Of a stretch of DNA of 40,520 bases, positions 27,937 through 37,683 are shown piece after piece. Positions within the stretch are counted from its first letter, which is position 1, and each line of letters begins with the position of its first letter. The stretch comes from an uncultured Ectothiorhodospiraceae bacterium (GTDB lineage: Bacteria > Pseudomonadota > Gammaproteobacteria > Nitrococcales > Nitrococcaceae), in assembly GCA_964530405.1 (NCBI GenBank), contig CAZHBN010000001.1:1-40520 (forward strand). Direction: 5' to 3'. The notes under the pieces were generated by a model that was not told the origin of the DNA, made no database searches, and saw only the letters and a list, made by a program, of their open reading frames with translations. The position numbers and the translations under genes are program-made.

Positions 27937-28917
27937 TCAGTCCCCGTGTGCCATCAGGCTGTCCAGTAGCTCATCGAGCGCGGCGCCGGCCCGGCCATCC
28001 GGGTGGGCGCTCACCGGCAGATACCAACAATCCGGTGGTGCAAAGGTGGCGCACTTTACCGCGTCCTTTTCCGTCATCACCACCGGCAGGGCATCCTCGA
28101 AGGCGAGATCCGCCGGCGAGAAGACATGATGGTCGGCAAACGCATGCGGCACCGGATCGAGGCCCAGGGCCCGCAGTGTCGCGAAAAACCGCTCAGGATG
28201 ACCGATGCCGGCCACCGCATGCACACGCTGCCCCGGCTTGGGTGGCGGCGAGGTCCGAGTCTGTCCGACAGCGGCGAAGTCGGCGCTGACCAGTTCGTAC
28301 CTCCCATTCGCCTGCGGCCACGCACGCCCCCGGGCGATGACCAGGTCCACCGTCGCGAGGCGCCCTGGAGGTTCACGTAACGGCCCTGCCGGCAAACAAC
28401 GGCGATTGCCCTGACCGCGGTCACCATCGATTACGACGATCTCCCGATCACGCCGCAGGCGGTAGTGCTGCAGTCCGTCATCACTGATCACGAGATCGCA
28501 GCCCGCGGCCACCAGCAATCGCGCTGCCGCGACCCGGTCGGGCCCCGCGGCGACCGGCCGGCCGGTGCGCCGCGCGATCAGCACGGCTTCGTCCCCCACC
28601 ATCTGCGGGTCGCTGTGCGGCGTCACCCACTGTGGCCAGTGCGCAGCGGTGCCACCATAGCCGCGCAACACGACGCCGGGCGACCAGCCCCGCCCGGCAG
28701 CACGCTGAACCAGGTGAATGACCAGAGGCGTTTTGCCGGCGCCGCCGACGACGAGGTTGCCGACCACCACCACGGGCACACCACAGGCGACGGACCGACT
28801 CCGCCAGTAGACACGTCGCAGCCAGGTCACGCCGCGGAACAGCCATGCCAGCGGCGCCAGAACCGCCGACACCGGGGACGGCTCGAACCAGAACCGCGGC
28901 GGGCGCCCGACCGGCAC
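27937..28917 (-). CDS. lpxK: Tetraacyldisaccharide (lipid A) 4'-kinase
   Basis: VVVGNLVVGGAGKTP, RGYGG, GDEA, SDDGLQHY, LPAGPLRE, AGIGHPERF, MTEKDAVK. Confidence 0.96.
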   Translation of the reverse strand: MPVGRPPRFWFEPSPVSAVLAPLAWLFRGVTWLRRVYWRSRSVACGVPVVVVGNLVVGGAGKTPLVIHLVQRAAGRGWSPGVVLRGYGGTAAHWPQWVTPHSDPQMVGDEAVLIARRTGRPVAAGPDRVAAARLLVAAGCDLVISDDGLQHYRLRRDREIVVIDGDRGQGNRRCLPAGPLREPPGRLATVDLVIARGRAWPQANGRYELVSADFAAVGQTRTSPPPKPGQRVHAVAGIGHPERFFATLRALGLDPVPHAFADHHVFSPADLAFEDALPVVMTEKDAVKCATFAPPDCWYLPVSAHPDGRAGAALDELLDSLMAHGD

Positions 28918-30701
28918 TACGCTCGCTCCGCCTGGCGACGCCCCCCGCGAAACTGCATGCGGTAGAGTGCGGCGTACGCGCCGTCACCGGCGAGGAGCTC
29001 GGCATGGCTGCCGGCCTCGACTATATGGCCCTCGTCGAGCACCACGATGCGGTCTGCGCCCTCCACCGTCGACAACCTGTGCGCGATCACGAATGTCGTG
29101 CGCCCGCGCATGAGCGAATCCAGGGCGTGCTGGATCTGCGACTCCGACTCGGTATCCAGCGCCGAGGTCGCCTCGTCCAGAATCAGGATGGGCGCATCCT
29201 TCAGCAGGGCCCGGGCGATGGCTATACGCTGACGCTGGCCGCCCGAAAGCATCACGCCATTCTCCCCGACCATAGTGTCGAAGCCCTGCGGCAACGCTTC
29301 GATGAACGCCCGTGCATTGGAAAGCTCCGCCGCGCGGACGACTTCCTCCCGTTCACACCCCTCGGCACGGCCATAGGCGATATTCGCCGCGACGGTGTCG
29401 TTGAACAACACCACCTGCTGGCCCACCAGCGCAATCTGGTGGCGCAGATCCGCGAGCCGGTACTCGGTGAGGGGATGACCGTCAAGCAGGATGCGACCGG
29501 CGCTCGGGTCATAGAACCGGGGCAGCAGGTTCACCAGCGTGGTCTTGCCGCTGCCCGACCGGCCCACCACGGCGACGGTTTCCCCGGCCCGTATGGACAG
29601 ATCGATGTCCGCGAGCACGGGACGACCGGTACCGTAATTGAAACTTACGCCCTCGTAGGTCACGGAACCGTGAGCGCGTTCCAGCCGCCGTACCCCGCCG
29701 TCCCACTCGGGCGTCTCGTCGATGATCTCGAAGATACTCTCCCCGGCGGCGATACCTCGCTGGATGACGGCGTTGACGTTGGTCAGGCGCTTCAACGGCT
29801 GCATCAGCAGCAACATTGCGGTGATGAACGACACGAACCCGCCCACTGTAATGGTCGTGACCACCTCCTTGAGAGTGGCGAGGTAGATCACCAGCGACAG
29901 TGCAGCGGCGGATACGAACTGGACCACGGGCGTGCTCAGGGCCTTGGTCGCGGCGAACTTCATGTACTGGCGCATGTTGCGCGTATTCGCCTCGTCAAAG
30001 CGCGCGCGTGCATGCTCCTGGGCGCCGAAGACCTTGACGACTTCGTGCCCCTCGATGGCCTCCTCGGCCACGTAAGCCACGCTGCCGACGCTGCGCTGGA
30101 TACGGCGGCTGATGCGGCGAAAGCGCTTGCTGATATAGACCACGACCAATGCGAGCACCGGCCCCAGGCCGAGGAAGATCAAGGCGAGCCGCCAGCTGAC
30201 GAAGAACATGTACCCCAGCAGGGCAATTGCGGTGGCGCTGTCCCGCACGAGCGTCACGACGGCGTCGCTACCCGCTTTCGCCACCTGCTCGACGTTGTAG
30301 GTCAGCCGCGATAACAGCCGTGCCGCCGAGGCATTGTCGAAATAGCGTTTGGGCAGCGCCAGAAGACGCTCGAAAACCTCCCGACGCAGCTCGTGGATGA
30401 CACGGCGGCTGATCCACATCATGCCGAAGCCAGCACCGAAGCTCGCCAGCCCCCGAATCAGGAAAATCCCCATCAGGGCGAACGGGATCAGACGCATGAC
30501 CTCGGGGTCACGCTCGACGAAGCCTTCATCGAGCATGGGCTTCATCAGCCAGGCAAATACCGTCTCCATGCCCCCGCTGATGACCATCGCCACCATGGCG
30601 ACCACGGCGAGCGGCCAATGCGGCCGCGTGTAGCCGAGCAGCCGCCGGTAGATCTCCCGGCCGGATGCCGACTGACCGCCTTCCCCCGGCTCGGCGCTCA
30701 T
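28917..30701 (-). CDS. msbA: Lipid A/LPS flippase ABC transporter MsbA
   Basis: TM domain plus NBD (GRSGSGKT, LSGGQRQR, LILDEATSALD, IAHRLST). Directly upstream of lpxK. Confidence 0.95.
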   Translation of the reverse strand: MSAEPGEGGQSASGREIYRRLLGYTRPHWPLAVVAMVAMVISGGMETVFAWLMKPMLDEGFVERDPEVMRLIPFALMGIFLIRGLASFGAGFGMMWISRRVIHELRREVFERLLALPKRYFDNASAARLLSRLTYNVEQVAKAGSDAVVTLVRDSATAIALLGYMFFVSWRLALIFLGLGPVLALVVVYISKRFRRISRRIQRSVGSVAYVAEEAIEGHEVVKVFGAQEHARARFDEANTRNMRQYMKFAATKALSTPVVQFVSAAALSLVIYLATLKEVVTTITVGGFVSFITAMLLLMQPLKRLTNVNAVIQRGIAAGESIFEIIDETPEWDGGVRRLERAHGSVTYEGVSFNYGTGRPVLADIDLSIRAGETVAVVGRSGSGKTTLVNLLPRFYDPSAGRILLDGHPLTEYRLADLRHQIALVGQQVVLFNDTVAANIAYGRAEGCEREEVVRAAELSNARAFIEALPQGFDTMVGENGVMLSGGQRQRIAIARALLKDAPILILDEATSALDTESESQIQHALDSLMRGRTTFVIAHRLSTVEGADRIVVLDEGHIVEAGSHAELLAGDGAYAALYRMQFRGGRRQAERA

Positions 30702-31123
30702 TGCTCGCCAGTCGCCGAGGCCGCCATTCCCACACGGCTGAGCCCGAGCTGGCCGGCGGCGTCGAGCACGGTGATCACGGCCTGGTGACGGGCGTCGGCG
30801 TCGGCCTGAATCACCAGGCGAACGGTCTTCGGATCCCGTTCGCCCACGGCCTGATTCAGGGCGCGCCGAACGGTCTCCAGCTTACTGTTCACGAGCGCTT
30901 CGCCGTCGAGGAACATCCGCCCCTGGGCATTGATGGTCAGCGCCAGGCCGTCATCGTCGTCGCTGCTGCTCGCCTGCTCGGACTCCGGCAGGGTGACGTT
31001 CAACCGCGCCTGGCTGACGAACGTGGTGCTCACCATGAAGAAGATGAGCATGAGAAACACCACGTCGATCAACGGAGTCAGATTGACTTCCGGGTCCTCG
31101 CGTCGCCGCGGACTGAGATTCAC
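30698..31123 (-). CDS. exbD: ExbD/TolR family biopolymer transport protein
   Basis: EVNLTPLIDVVFLMLIFFMV (TM Asp), IQADADA. Confidence 0.92.
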   Translation of the reverse strand: MNLSPRRREDPEVNLTPLIDVVFLMLIFFMVSTTFVSQARLNVTLPESEQASSSDDDDGLALTINAQGRMFLDGEALVNSKLETVRRALNQAVGERDPKTVRLVIQADADARHQAVITVLDAAGQLGLSRVGMAASATGEQ

Positions 31124-31749
31124 GCCGCCTCACTCCCGGCGCTCACCGTCTGACCGTGAATCGCCTCGACCAGCTTGAGCGCCTGCTGCTCCATCTCCAC
31201 CACCAGCTCATCGACCCGGCCGCGCAGATAGCGATACGCCATCAGCGACGGGATGGCCACCACGAGGCCCGCGGCCGTGGTAATCAACGCCTGCGAGATA
31301 CCGCCGGCCAGTGCCGGTGCATTCCCCACCCCCTGACTCGAGATGGTTCCAAAGACATCGATCATGCCAACGACGGTGCCCAGCAGGCCCAGAAGCGGGC
31401 TGATGGCGGCAATGGTACCGAGGGTGTTCAGGTATCGCTCGAGCGCGTGCGCCTCGTGGCGCCCGGCGTCCTCGATGCTCTCCATCATCACCTCGCGGCT
31501 GCGGCGCACGTGCACCAGGCCCGCCGCCAGCACCCGCCCCAGGGGCGAGCCCTGGCGCAGGCTGCGCAACTGGGCACCGTCCAGCGCATTACCCTTGATC
31601 TTGTTCCATACTTCCGCGAGCAGATGCTTCGGCACCACACGGCGGCGCTGCAGCGCCCACGAGCGCTCGATGACGATCGCCAGCGCGAGCACGGAACACA
31701 CGATGATCGGCAGCATTAGCCAGCCACCGGCTTTAATGAGCTCCCACAC
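31120..31749 (-). CDS. exbB: MotA/TolQ/ExbB proton channel family protein
   Basis: GGWLMLPI, LGTIAAISPLLGLLGTVVGMI, GGISQALITTAAGL. AAGGAAGG SD before the GTG. Confidence 0.92.
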   Translation of the reverse strand: MWELIKAGGWLMLPIIVCSVLALAIVIERSWALQRRRVVPKHLLAEVWNKIKGNALDGAQLRSLRQGSPLGRVLAAGLVHVRRSREVMMESIEDAGRHEAHALERYLNTLGTIAAISPLLGLLGTVVGMIDVFGTISSQGVGNAPALAGGISQALITTAAGLVVAIPSLMAYRYLRGRVDELVVEMEQQALKLVEAIHGQTVSAGSEAA

Positions 31750-34043
31750 GTGAAATCGCCTTCCTTGTATCGTCCAGTTCGCGAACGCCGGAAATCATAC
31801 CGATTTTGCCCGGCGGCCTGAACTCCGCTCGGACGGTCGTGGTACAGGCGCAGCCGCGTACGGCGCACCTGCTCCATGGAAATGTCCCGGTCTGTGCGCC
31901 ATTGCACAGTCAGCGCCCCCCACTGCGCCAGGGAAACGACCCGGGCACCGACACAGCGCAGACGCCGGATCACTGCCGGCGACGGCAGCCCATAAGCATT
32001 GTCGTGGCCGGCTGAGATGACCGCGACATCCGGCCGTGCGACGCGCAGAAATTGCGGCGTTGTGGAACTGTCGCTGCCGTGATGAGCCACCTGCAGCACG
32101 TCCACCGGGCGCTCGAGCCGTGCGAGCAACCGCTTCTCCCCGGCAGCGGGGAGATCCCCGGTGAGCAACACGCGGAACCGCCCGGCGCGCATCACAAGCA
32201 CGCACGATGCGGCGTTGCCCGACAGTCCCGAACGCACCGGCGCGAGCACTCGGAACGTTACCTCCCCCCAACGCCAGTGCTGCCCGGCACGGCACGGCCG
32301 CCCGCCTGTCTCCCCGGGTTCACCGCTGATCACGTCCGCCACGGGCAGCGCCTTCCGGAGCGCGGCGAGGCCACCGGCATGGTCGCGGTCGCCGTGACTG
32401 ACCATGAGGCGATCCACGCGCGCAACGCCGTGTTCCCGCAGGAACGGGATTAGGGTGAAACGCGCCGCACTGCCACCGCCCCCCCAGGAGGGACCCGTGT
32501 CATAAACCAGGACGCGGCCGCCGGTACGCACTACCGTCGCCGCCCCCTGCCCGACCTCGAGGAACGTGATTTCCAGCGCGGCGGGCCGCGGCGCCGGTGC
32601 GAGCACCCCGAGGGCACACAGCGGCAACGCCAGCCAGCGCCCCGGGAAACCGCGCGGTAGCACGCACAACACGGCCGCGACACCGACAACCGGCCACACC
32701 CACTCCGGACGTGGCCCCGGCATCACGAGCCCTGCATTTCCGGCGAGCCACGACACAGCGGCAAGCGCATGATCCAGCGCGCCGGAAACCCGCGCCAATG
32801 CGTCGGTCACGGGCCAGAGCGCGTCCGTGACTGCCGCCACGAACACAGCGGGGACCGCAACGGTGGCCAGTGGCACGGCGATCAGATTCACCGGGATTCC
32901 GAGCCACGAGAAACCGCCGAACCAAAGCAGCAGCACGGGAGCGAGAAGCACGCCGATGAGCCACTGCACCCGCACGGTGTTCGCAAGACGCGACGCGCCG
33001 CCGCGCCAGCCGAACACGATAATGGTCACCGCCGTGAAGGAGAGCCAGAACCCGGGCGCCAGACACGCCCAGGGGTCCAGCACGAGCACCGACACCGCGG
33101 CGAGCACGAGCCCGCGCGTCCGACCGGGACGCCGGCGTGTCGCCAGCGCCACCGCCACGACGACAGCCATTACCAGAGCCCGCAGCGTCGGGAGTGAAAA
33201 GCCCGCCAGTGCGGCGTACACAATCCCGGCGGTGACACCGGTCAGGCTACCGGCTACCAGCGTGGGCACCCGCGCCACCGCCCCGGGCAGTCTCCGCCAC
33301 CCAAGCCCGCCGGCCCACCCAGCGAGCCCGGCTACCAAGCCGATATGCAACCCCGAGATCGCCACGAGATGGGTGATACCCACGCGACGCAGATCCCGCC
33401 ACAAGACCTCCGAGAATCCGCGCCGGTCGCCGACCAGCAGCGCCCTTGCCACCGCCGCCCCATCTCCGTGGCCGGCACGCGCGGCGAGATGCCCGGCAAT
33501 ACCGCCGCGCCAGCCCGCCAGCCCGTTCGCGGGGGCCAGGCGCTCGCCAGAGCGCACGTAGCCAGTCGCATCCACGTGCTCGCTGGCAAGCCAGCGCTCG
33601 TAGTCGAAACGCACCGGATTCATGAAGCCCCGGGGTCTCCGCAGGCGCGCCTCGAATCGCCATGTTTCGCCGGCGCGCACGGTGGCACCGTCGCCATACC
33701 ACGACAGGCGGATACGCCGCGGCAACCGCGGCAACGACGGGTCCAGCCTCTGTGGCACGACGACGAAGCGCTGGCGTGACGGGCCCACCCGGGGCAACGA
33801 GATCACCCGCGCCGTGAGCACGAACGTCTCGCCGGAGTGGGTATCCGGCAGACGCCTCTCCATGGCGTGGGCAACCATCACTCCGCAAACGATGACACCC
33901 AGACCATAGGCGGCAAGCACGCGGGCGAGAGGGTGGCGACAGGGTGCCAGCATCGCCAGTGCCGCACTCGCCGGCAGCAGCCACACGGCCGTTGCGGTAT
34001 GCACGGACAGCGGTACCAGTAACCCGATCAGTAGCGCCAACAT
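31716..34043 (-). CDS. comEC: DNA-uptake competence protein ComEC/Rec2
   Basis: OB domain (RRPRGFMNP..FDYERWL), competence domain ITHLVAISGLHIG and GFWLSF, metallo-beta-lactamase-like EVGQG, SHGDRDHAGG, LLTGDL, HHGS. Confidence 0.95.
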   Translation of the reverse strand: MLALLIGLLVPLSVHTATAVWLLPASAALAMLAPCRHPLARVLAAYGLGVIVCGVMVAHAMERRLPDTHSGETFVLTARVISLPRVGPSRQRFVVVPQRLDPSLPRLPRRIRLSWYGDGATVRAGETWRFEARLRRPRGFMNPVRFDYERWLASEHVDATGYVRSGERLAPANGLAGWRGGIAGHLAARAGHGDGAAVARALLVGDRRGFSEVLWRDLRRVGITHLVAISGLHIGLVAGLAGWAGGLGWRRLPGAVARVPTLVAGSLTGVTAGIVYAALAGFSLPTLRALVMAVVVAVALATRRRPGRTRGLVLAAVSVLVLDPWACLAPGFWLSFTAVTIIVFGWRGGASRLANTVRVQWLIGVLLAPVLLLWFGGFSWLGIPVNLIAVPLATVAVPAVFVAAVTDALWPVTDALARVSGALDHALAAVSWLAGNAGLVMPGPRPEWVWPVVGVAAVLCVLPRGFPGRWLALPLCALGVLAPAPRPAALEITFLEVGQGAATVVRTGGRVLVYDTGPSWGGGGSAARFTLIPFLREHGVARVDRLMVSHGDRDHAGGLAALRKALPVADVISGEPGETGGRPCRAGQHWRWGEVTFRVLAPVRSGLSGNAASCVLVMRAGRFRVLLTGDLPAAGEKRLLARLERPVDVLQVAHHGSDSSTTPQFLRVARPDVAVISAGHDNAYGLPSPAVIRRLRCVGARVVSLAQWGALTVQWRTDRDISMEQVRRTRLRLYHDRPSGVQAAGQNRYDFRRSRTGRYKEGDFTCGSSLKPVAG

Positions 34044-34131
34044 CCCTGTGGCTCCCCTGTTTGCCTGTGGGCGGGGCTGTCATCCCGCCGGTGTTGCGTG
34101 GATAATCACGGCCGGGTTGCAGGAGGGGGAT

Positions 34132-34686
34132 ATGCCGCGCCAGCTTCTCAAACGCTACTTGCCGGAACCGCACCGCGTGATCAGGCGGCGCGAGCTCCGC
34201 TGGCTGGGCAAACTGCTCGACGATCCCTTCCTGCTGCACCTCAACCGGCGTTCCGTCGCCGGCGGCGTGGCCGTGGGCCTGTTCACCGCATTCATCCCAC
34301 TGCCGGTGCAGATGCTCATCGCCGCGGGTCTCGCGATCGTCCTGCGGGTCAACCTGATCCTGTCGGTGGTGCTCGTTTGGGTGAGCAACCCACTAACCAT
34401 GCCCGCCATGTTCTATTTTGCCTACATGGTAGGCACCTGGATGATCGGCGTTCCTGTCTTCCACACCGGCTTCGAACCCAGCCTGTCCTGGTTCTGGCAC
34501 GAAATCGGGGTTATCTGGAAACCCCTCTTTCTGGGCTCGCTGACAACCGGAAGCCTCGTGGCGCTCGCCGGCTACGGAGCGGTTCAGCTTGCCTGGCGAC
34601 TGTACATCGTCCGTCACCTGCGTCATCGCCAGCGCCGAGCCACACGACTGTTCAATCAGCGTCCAGGTGCCCATCGTCGAGAGTGA
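34132..34686 (+). CDS. DUF2062 family membrane protein
   Basis: [50 protein letters not shown] before ATG 34132. Located between comEC and lolD. Confidence 0.88.
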   Translation: MPRQLLKRYLPEPHRVIRRRELRWLGKLLDDPFLLHLNRRSVAGGVAVGLFTAFIPLPVQMLIAAGLAIVLRVNLILSVVLVWVSNPLTMPAMFYFAYMVGTWMIGVPVFHTGFEPSLSWFWHEIGVIWKPLFLGSLTTGSLVALAGYGAVQLAWRLYIVRHLRHRQRRATRLFNQRPGAHRRE

Positions 34687-35335
34687 ATCGGCGATCAAGC
34701 CGCTCGGCGAGCGCCGCGTCATGGGTCACCATGACCACGCTGGTCGAATAGTCACGATTGACCTCCTGGAACAGGTCGAACACCCGCTCGGCGGTATGGC
34801 GGTCCAGGTTGCCGGTGGGTTCGTCGGCGAGGATGCATGCCGGTTGCGTGACCAGCGCCCGGGCTATCGCCACACGCTGGCGCTCACCGCCGGAGAGCTC
34901 GCCGGGTTTGTGGGTCACGCGCGCGGAGAGCCCTACTCTGTCCAGTATCCCTCGCGCCGCCGCTCGCGCCGAGGCGGTGCTGGTACCGCGGATCAACAGC
35001 GGCATGGCCACGTTCTCCAGGGCCGTGAATTCCGGTAGCAGGTGGTGGAACTGATAGATGAAGCCTAGGGCGCGATTGCGCAGGCGCCCGCGGCGCACGG
35101 CACCGAGTCGTGACATGCATTCGCCATCGACCCAGACCTCGCCACGATCCGGATCCTCCAGACCACCGAGCAGGTGCAGCAACGTACTCTTGCCCGAGCC
35201 CGAACGCCCCACGACCGCGACCTGCTCACCACGGGCCACCGACAGGCGAACCCCATCGAGTACCTGCAAACGTCCAGCCCCTTCGCGGAATGACAGGGCG
35301 AGATCCTCGCAACGCACGACCGGCTGCTCACTCAT
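34652..35335 (-). CDS. lolD: Lipoprotein-releasing ABC transporter ATPase
   Basis: [39 protein letters not shown] (LolD motif), [17 protein letters not shown]. Start overlaps the upstream gene's stop. Confidence 0.96.
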   Translation of the reverse strand: MSEQPVVRCEDLALSFREGAGRLQVLDGVRLSVARGEQVAVVGRSGSGKSTLLHLLGGLEDPDRGEVWVDGECMSRLGAVRRGRLRNRALGFIYQFHHLLPEFTALENVAMPLLIRGTSTASARAAARGILDRVGLSARVTHKPGELSGGERQRVAIARALVTQPACILADEPTGNLDRHTAERVFDLFQEVNRDYSTSVVMVTHDAALAERLDRRFTLDDGHLDAD

Positions 35336-36575
35336 AGCGCAGCGCCTCCGCGGGAGCGACCCGTGACGCCCGCCATGCCGGATACAGCGTAGCAAGTAGC
35401 GAAAGCACCAGAGACGCGACGGTGATCCGCACCACATCCTCCATATGAAGTTCCGACGGCAAGTCGCTGATTAAATAGATATCCGCCGGCAGAAACTCCG
35501 TGTTGAACAACTGCTCGATGGCGGGAACGATCGTCTCCACATTGAGCGCCAGCGATACGCCACCGGTCACGCCGAGAACCGTACCGGCGATGCCCAGCAC
35601 CGCTCCCTGGACAATGAAGATGCCCATGATCCCGCGCGGAGTGGCGCCGAGGGTTCGCAGGATGGCGATATCCGCCTGCTTGTCCGTGACCACCATCACC
35701 AGCGTGGAGACGATGTTGAACGCCGCCACCGCGACGATCAGTAGCAGAATGACGAACATCACGGTCTTCTCGGTCTGCACCGCACGGAAAAAGTTGCGAT
35801 TCTGCATGGTCCAGTCGGATATGCGGTATATGCCCGGGAGGTCGCGGGCGATCTCGCGGACCAGACGTGGCGCCTCGAACAGATCCTCGAACTCCAGGCG
35901 TACCCCACTCACCCCGCTACCGGTACGGAAAAGCCGCTGAGCATCGCCCAAGTGCATCAGCGCCAGGGAGTTGTCGTACTGGGACATATCCACGAAGAAA
36001 ACCGCGGCGACGGTGAACCGCCTGACACGCGGCAACACCCCCGCGACCGAGACCCGTGCCTCGGGAGTGACCACGGTCACGGTATCGCCGACACCCACAC
36101 CGAGGGCTGCGGCAAGTCCCTTGCCCAGGGCGATGTTGAACGCCCCTTCGCGCAGGTCGGACAGGGAACCGGCCACGATATTCTCCGTGACCCGCGATAC
36201 AGCCGCCTCGCGCTCCGGCAGAATGCCGCGCACCAATCCACCGTTGACCTCCCCACCATGAGTGAGCATGACCTCACCGCGCACGAACGGGGCCGCCCCC
36301 TTGACCTCCGGCCGCTCCGCCAGGCGTTCGGTGAGTCCGCGCCAGTCCTGCAGCGGTTCCTGATACCCGTCCACCGTCCCGTGTGCGACCATTCCCAGGA
36401 TGCGGGCGCGTAGCTCGGATTCGAAGCCGTTCATTACCGACAACACGGTGATGAGGGCAGTCACGCCGATGGCGATGCCGAGCATGGACGACAGCGAGAT
36501 GAACGAGACAAAGTGATTGCGCCGTTTGGCCCGCGTGTAACGCAGGCCGATGTACAACTGAAGGGGTTTGAACAT
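35328..36575 (-). CDS. Lipoprotein-releasing ABC transporter permease (LolC/LolE family, single copy, LolF-like)
   Basis: [71 protein letters not shown]. Confidence 0.93.
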   Translation of the reverse strand: MFKPLQLYIGLRYTRAKRRNHFVSFISLSSMLGIAIGVTALITVLSVMNGFESELRARILGMVAHGTVDGYQEPLQDWRGLTERLAERPEVKGAAPFVRGEVMLTHGGEVNGGLVRGILPEREAAVSRVTENIVAGSLSDLREGAFNIALGKGLAAALGVGVGDTVTVVTPEARVSVAGVLPRVRRFTVAAVFFVDMSQYDNSLALMHLGDAQRLFRTGSGVSGVRLEFEDLFEAPRLVREIARDLPGIYRISDWTMQNRNFFRAVQTEKTVMFVILLLIVAVAAFNIVSTLVMVVTDKQADIAILRTLGATPRGIMGIFIVQGAVLGIAGTVLGVTGGVSLALNVETIVPAIEQLFNTEFLPADIYLISDLPSELHMEDVVRITVASLVLSLLATLYPAWRASRVAPAEALRYE

Positions 36576-36625
36576 TCCTAATTGGGCGTCCGTTCGCCGA
36601 TCGCGGAATTGTTGACTGTCGGAAT

Positions 36626-37336
36626 CTACGGGCAGACCACGGGCACCCGGGCGCGGGGCTCGATGGCCGTGTCCGAGGGCTCGGCGACCAGGGCGTACAC
36701 GCCCACGCCGGCCGCGATCGCCGATCGGAGTGCGCGCCCGTACTCGGGATCGATGTCGTCGGCCGGGCGGACCTCGTCCACATCGTTGCGCTGCACGCAG
36801 AACACCAGCGCCGCCGCGGTGCCCGCCTCGGCCACGCGCTGGAGCACCTCGAGGTGTCGCGTACCACGCCGGCTGACGGCATCCGGGAACAGCGCCACAC
36901 CGTCATCCACCGCCGCCGTGACGTTCTTCGCCTCCACATAGGTCAGCCATCCAGCCCTGTCGGTCAGGCGGAAATCGGCGCGCATGTGCTCGTCCGGCAC
37001 CGGCACCTCCCTTCGGACCGCTGCGGGCTCGCCGAGTTCAGGAAACCAGCCTGCGAGGATGGCTTCTTCGACGACATCGTTGGTTCGGCCGGTGTGGATA
37101 CCCACGCGTGCGCCGCCATCCGCGGTCACCTGCTCCCAGGTCCAGGGATACTTGCGCCCGGGCCGAGCGGAGTGGCTCAGCCACACGCCCGCCCCTTCAG
37201 TCGTACAGCCGAGCATCGACCCCGTGTTGGGGCAATGAGCCGTGAGCGACTCGCCATCGTCGCAGACGACATCCGCGAGGAAGCGTTTGTAACGCCTGAT
37301 CAGGCGGCCCCTGCGCAGCGGGCCGGGATAATTCAT
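36626..37336 (-). CDS. sfsA: SfsA family protein (PD-(D/E)xK-fold DNA/RNA-binding or nuclease-like)
   Basis: RRYKRFLADV, HCPNTGSM, RKYPWTWE, VEAKNVT, FPDAVSRRGTRHL, IDPEY. Confidence 0.95.
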   Translation of the reverse strand: MNYPGPLRRGRLIRRYKRFLADVVCDDGESLTAHCPNTGSMLGCTTEGAGVWLSHSARPGRKYPWTWEQVTADGGARVGIHTGRTNDVVEEAILAGWFPELGEPAAVRREVPVPDEHMRADFRLTDRAGWLTYVEAKNVTAAVDDGVALFPDAVSRRGTRHLEVLQRVAEAGTAAALVFCVQRNDVDEVRPADDIDPEYGRALRSAIAAGVGVYALVAEPSDTAIEPRARVPVVCP

Positions 37337-37370
37337 GCCAACCCCTTCGGTTTTGCCGCCCGGACGGCGG

Positions 37371-37379
37371 TGCTATAGT
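37371..37379 (+). promoter_or_regulatory. Extended -10 element upstream of the small secreted protein
   Basis: TGcTATAGT, followed by a GGGAG SD and ATG 37409. Confidence 0.5.
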
Positions 37380-37408
37380 GGCGCCTCGAAAACAGGGAGT
37401 CAGTTTCT

Positions 37409-37678
37409 ATGCGGAGCACGACGATTTCCTTGCTCCTTCTACTGGTTATCGCGTCCACGCCCGCGGCCGCGGACACGCTGCTCGTGGACAAGGTGAAAGC
37501 CGGAGAAGGCGCTGAGCCGGTCAACGGCACCGCGATGTCGACGGTCGAGAGCCGCTATGGGGCGCCCGAATCGCGCGAGGGCCCCGTCGGCGACCCGCCG
37601 ATCACACGCTGGGATTATCCGGAATTCAGCGTCTACTTCGAGCACGACCGCGTCATTCACACCGTGGTCCGGCGCTGA
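37409..37678 (+). CDS. Small secreted protein of unknown function (BamE/SmpA-like fold possible)
   Basis: Sec signal peptide (MRSTTISLLLLLVIASTPAAA-D), then MSTVESRYGAP...VGDPPITRWDYPEFSVYFEHDRVIHTV. Confidence 0.8.
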   Translation: MRSTTISLLLLLVIASTPAAADTLLVDKVKAGEGAEPVNGTAMSTVESRYGAPESREGPVGDPPITRWDYPEFSVYFEHDRVIHTVVRR

Positions 37679-37683
37679 CCGCA

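Noticed and set aside
34069-34089. Inverted repeat ggcggg-N8-cccgcc upstream of comEC as a competence regulator site
   Set aside because: A short GC-only repeat likely by chance, and it does not match a CRP or CRP-S consensus.
36626-37336. SfsA as a defence nuclease
   Set aside because: A widespread housekeeping-context gene with no methylase or defence partners nearby.
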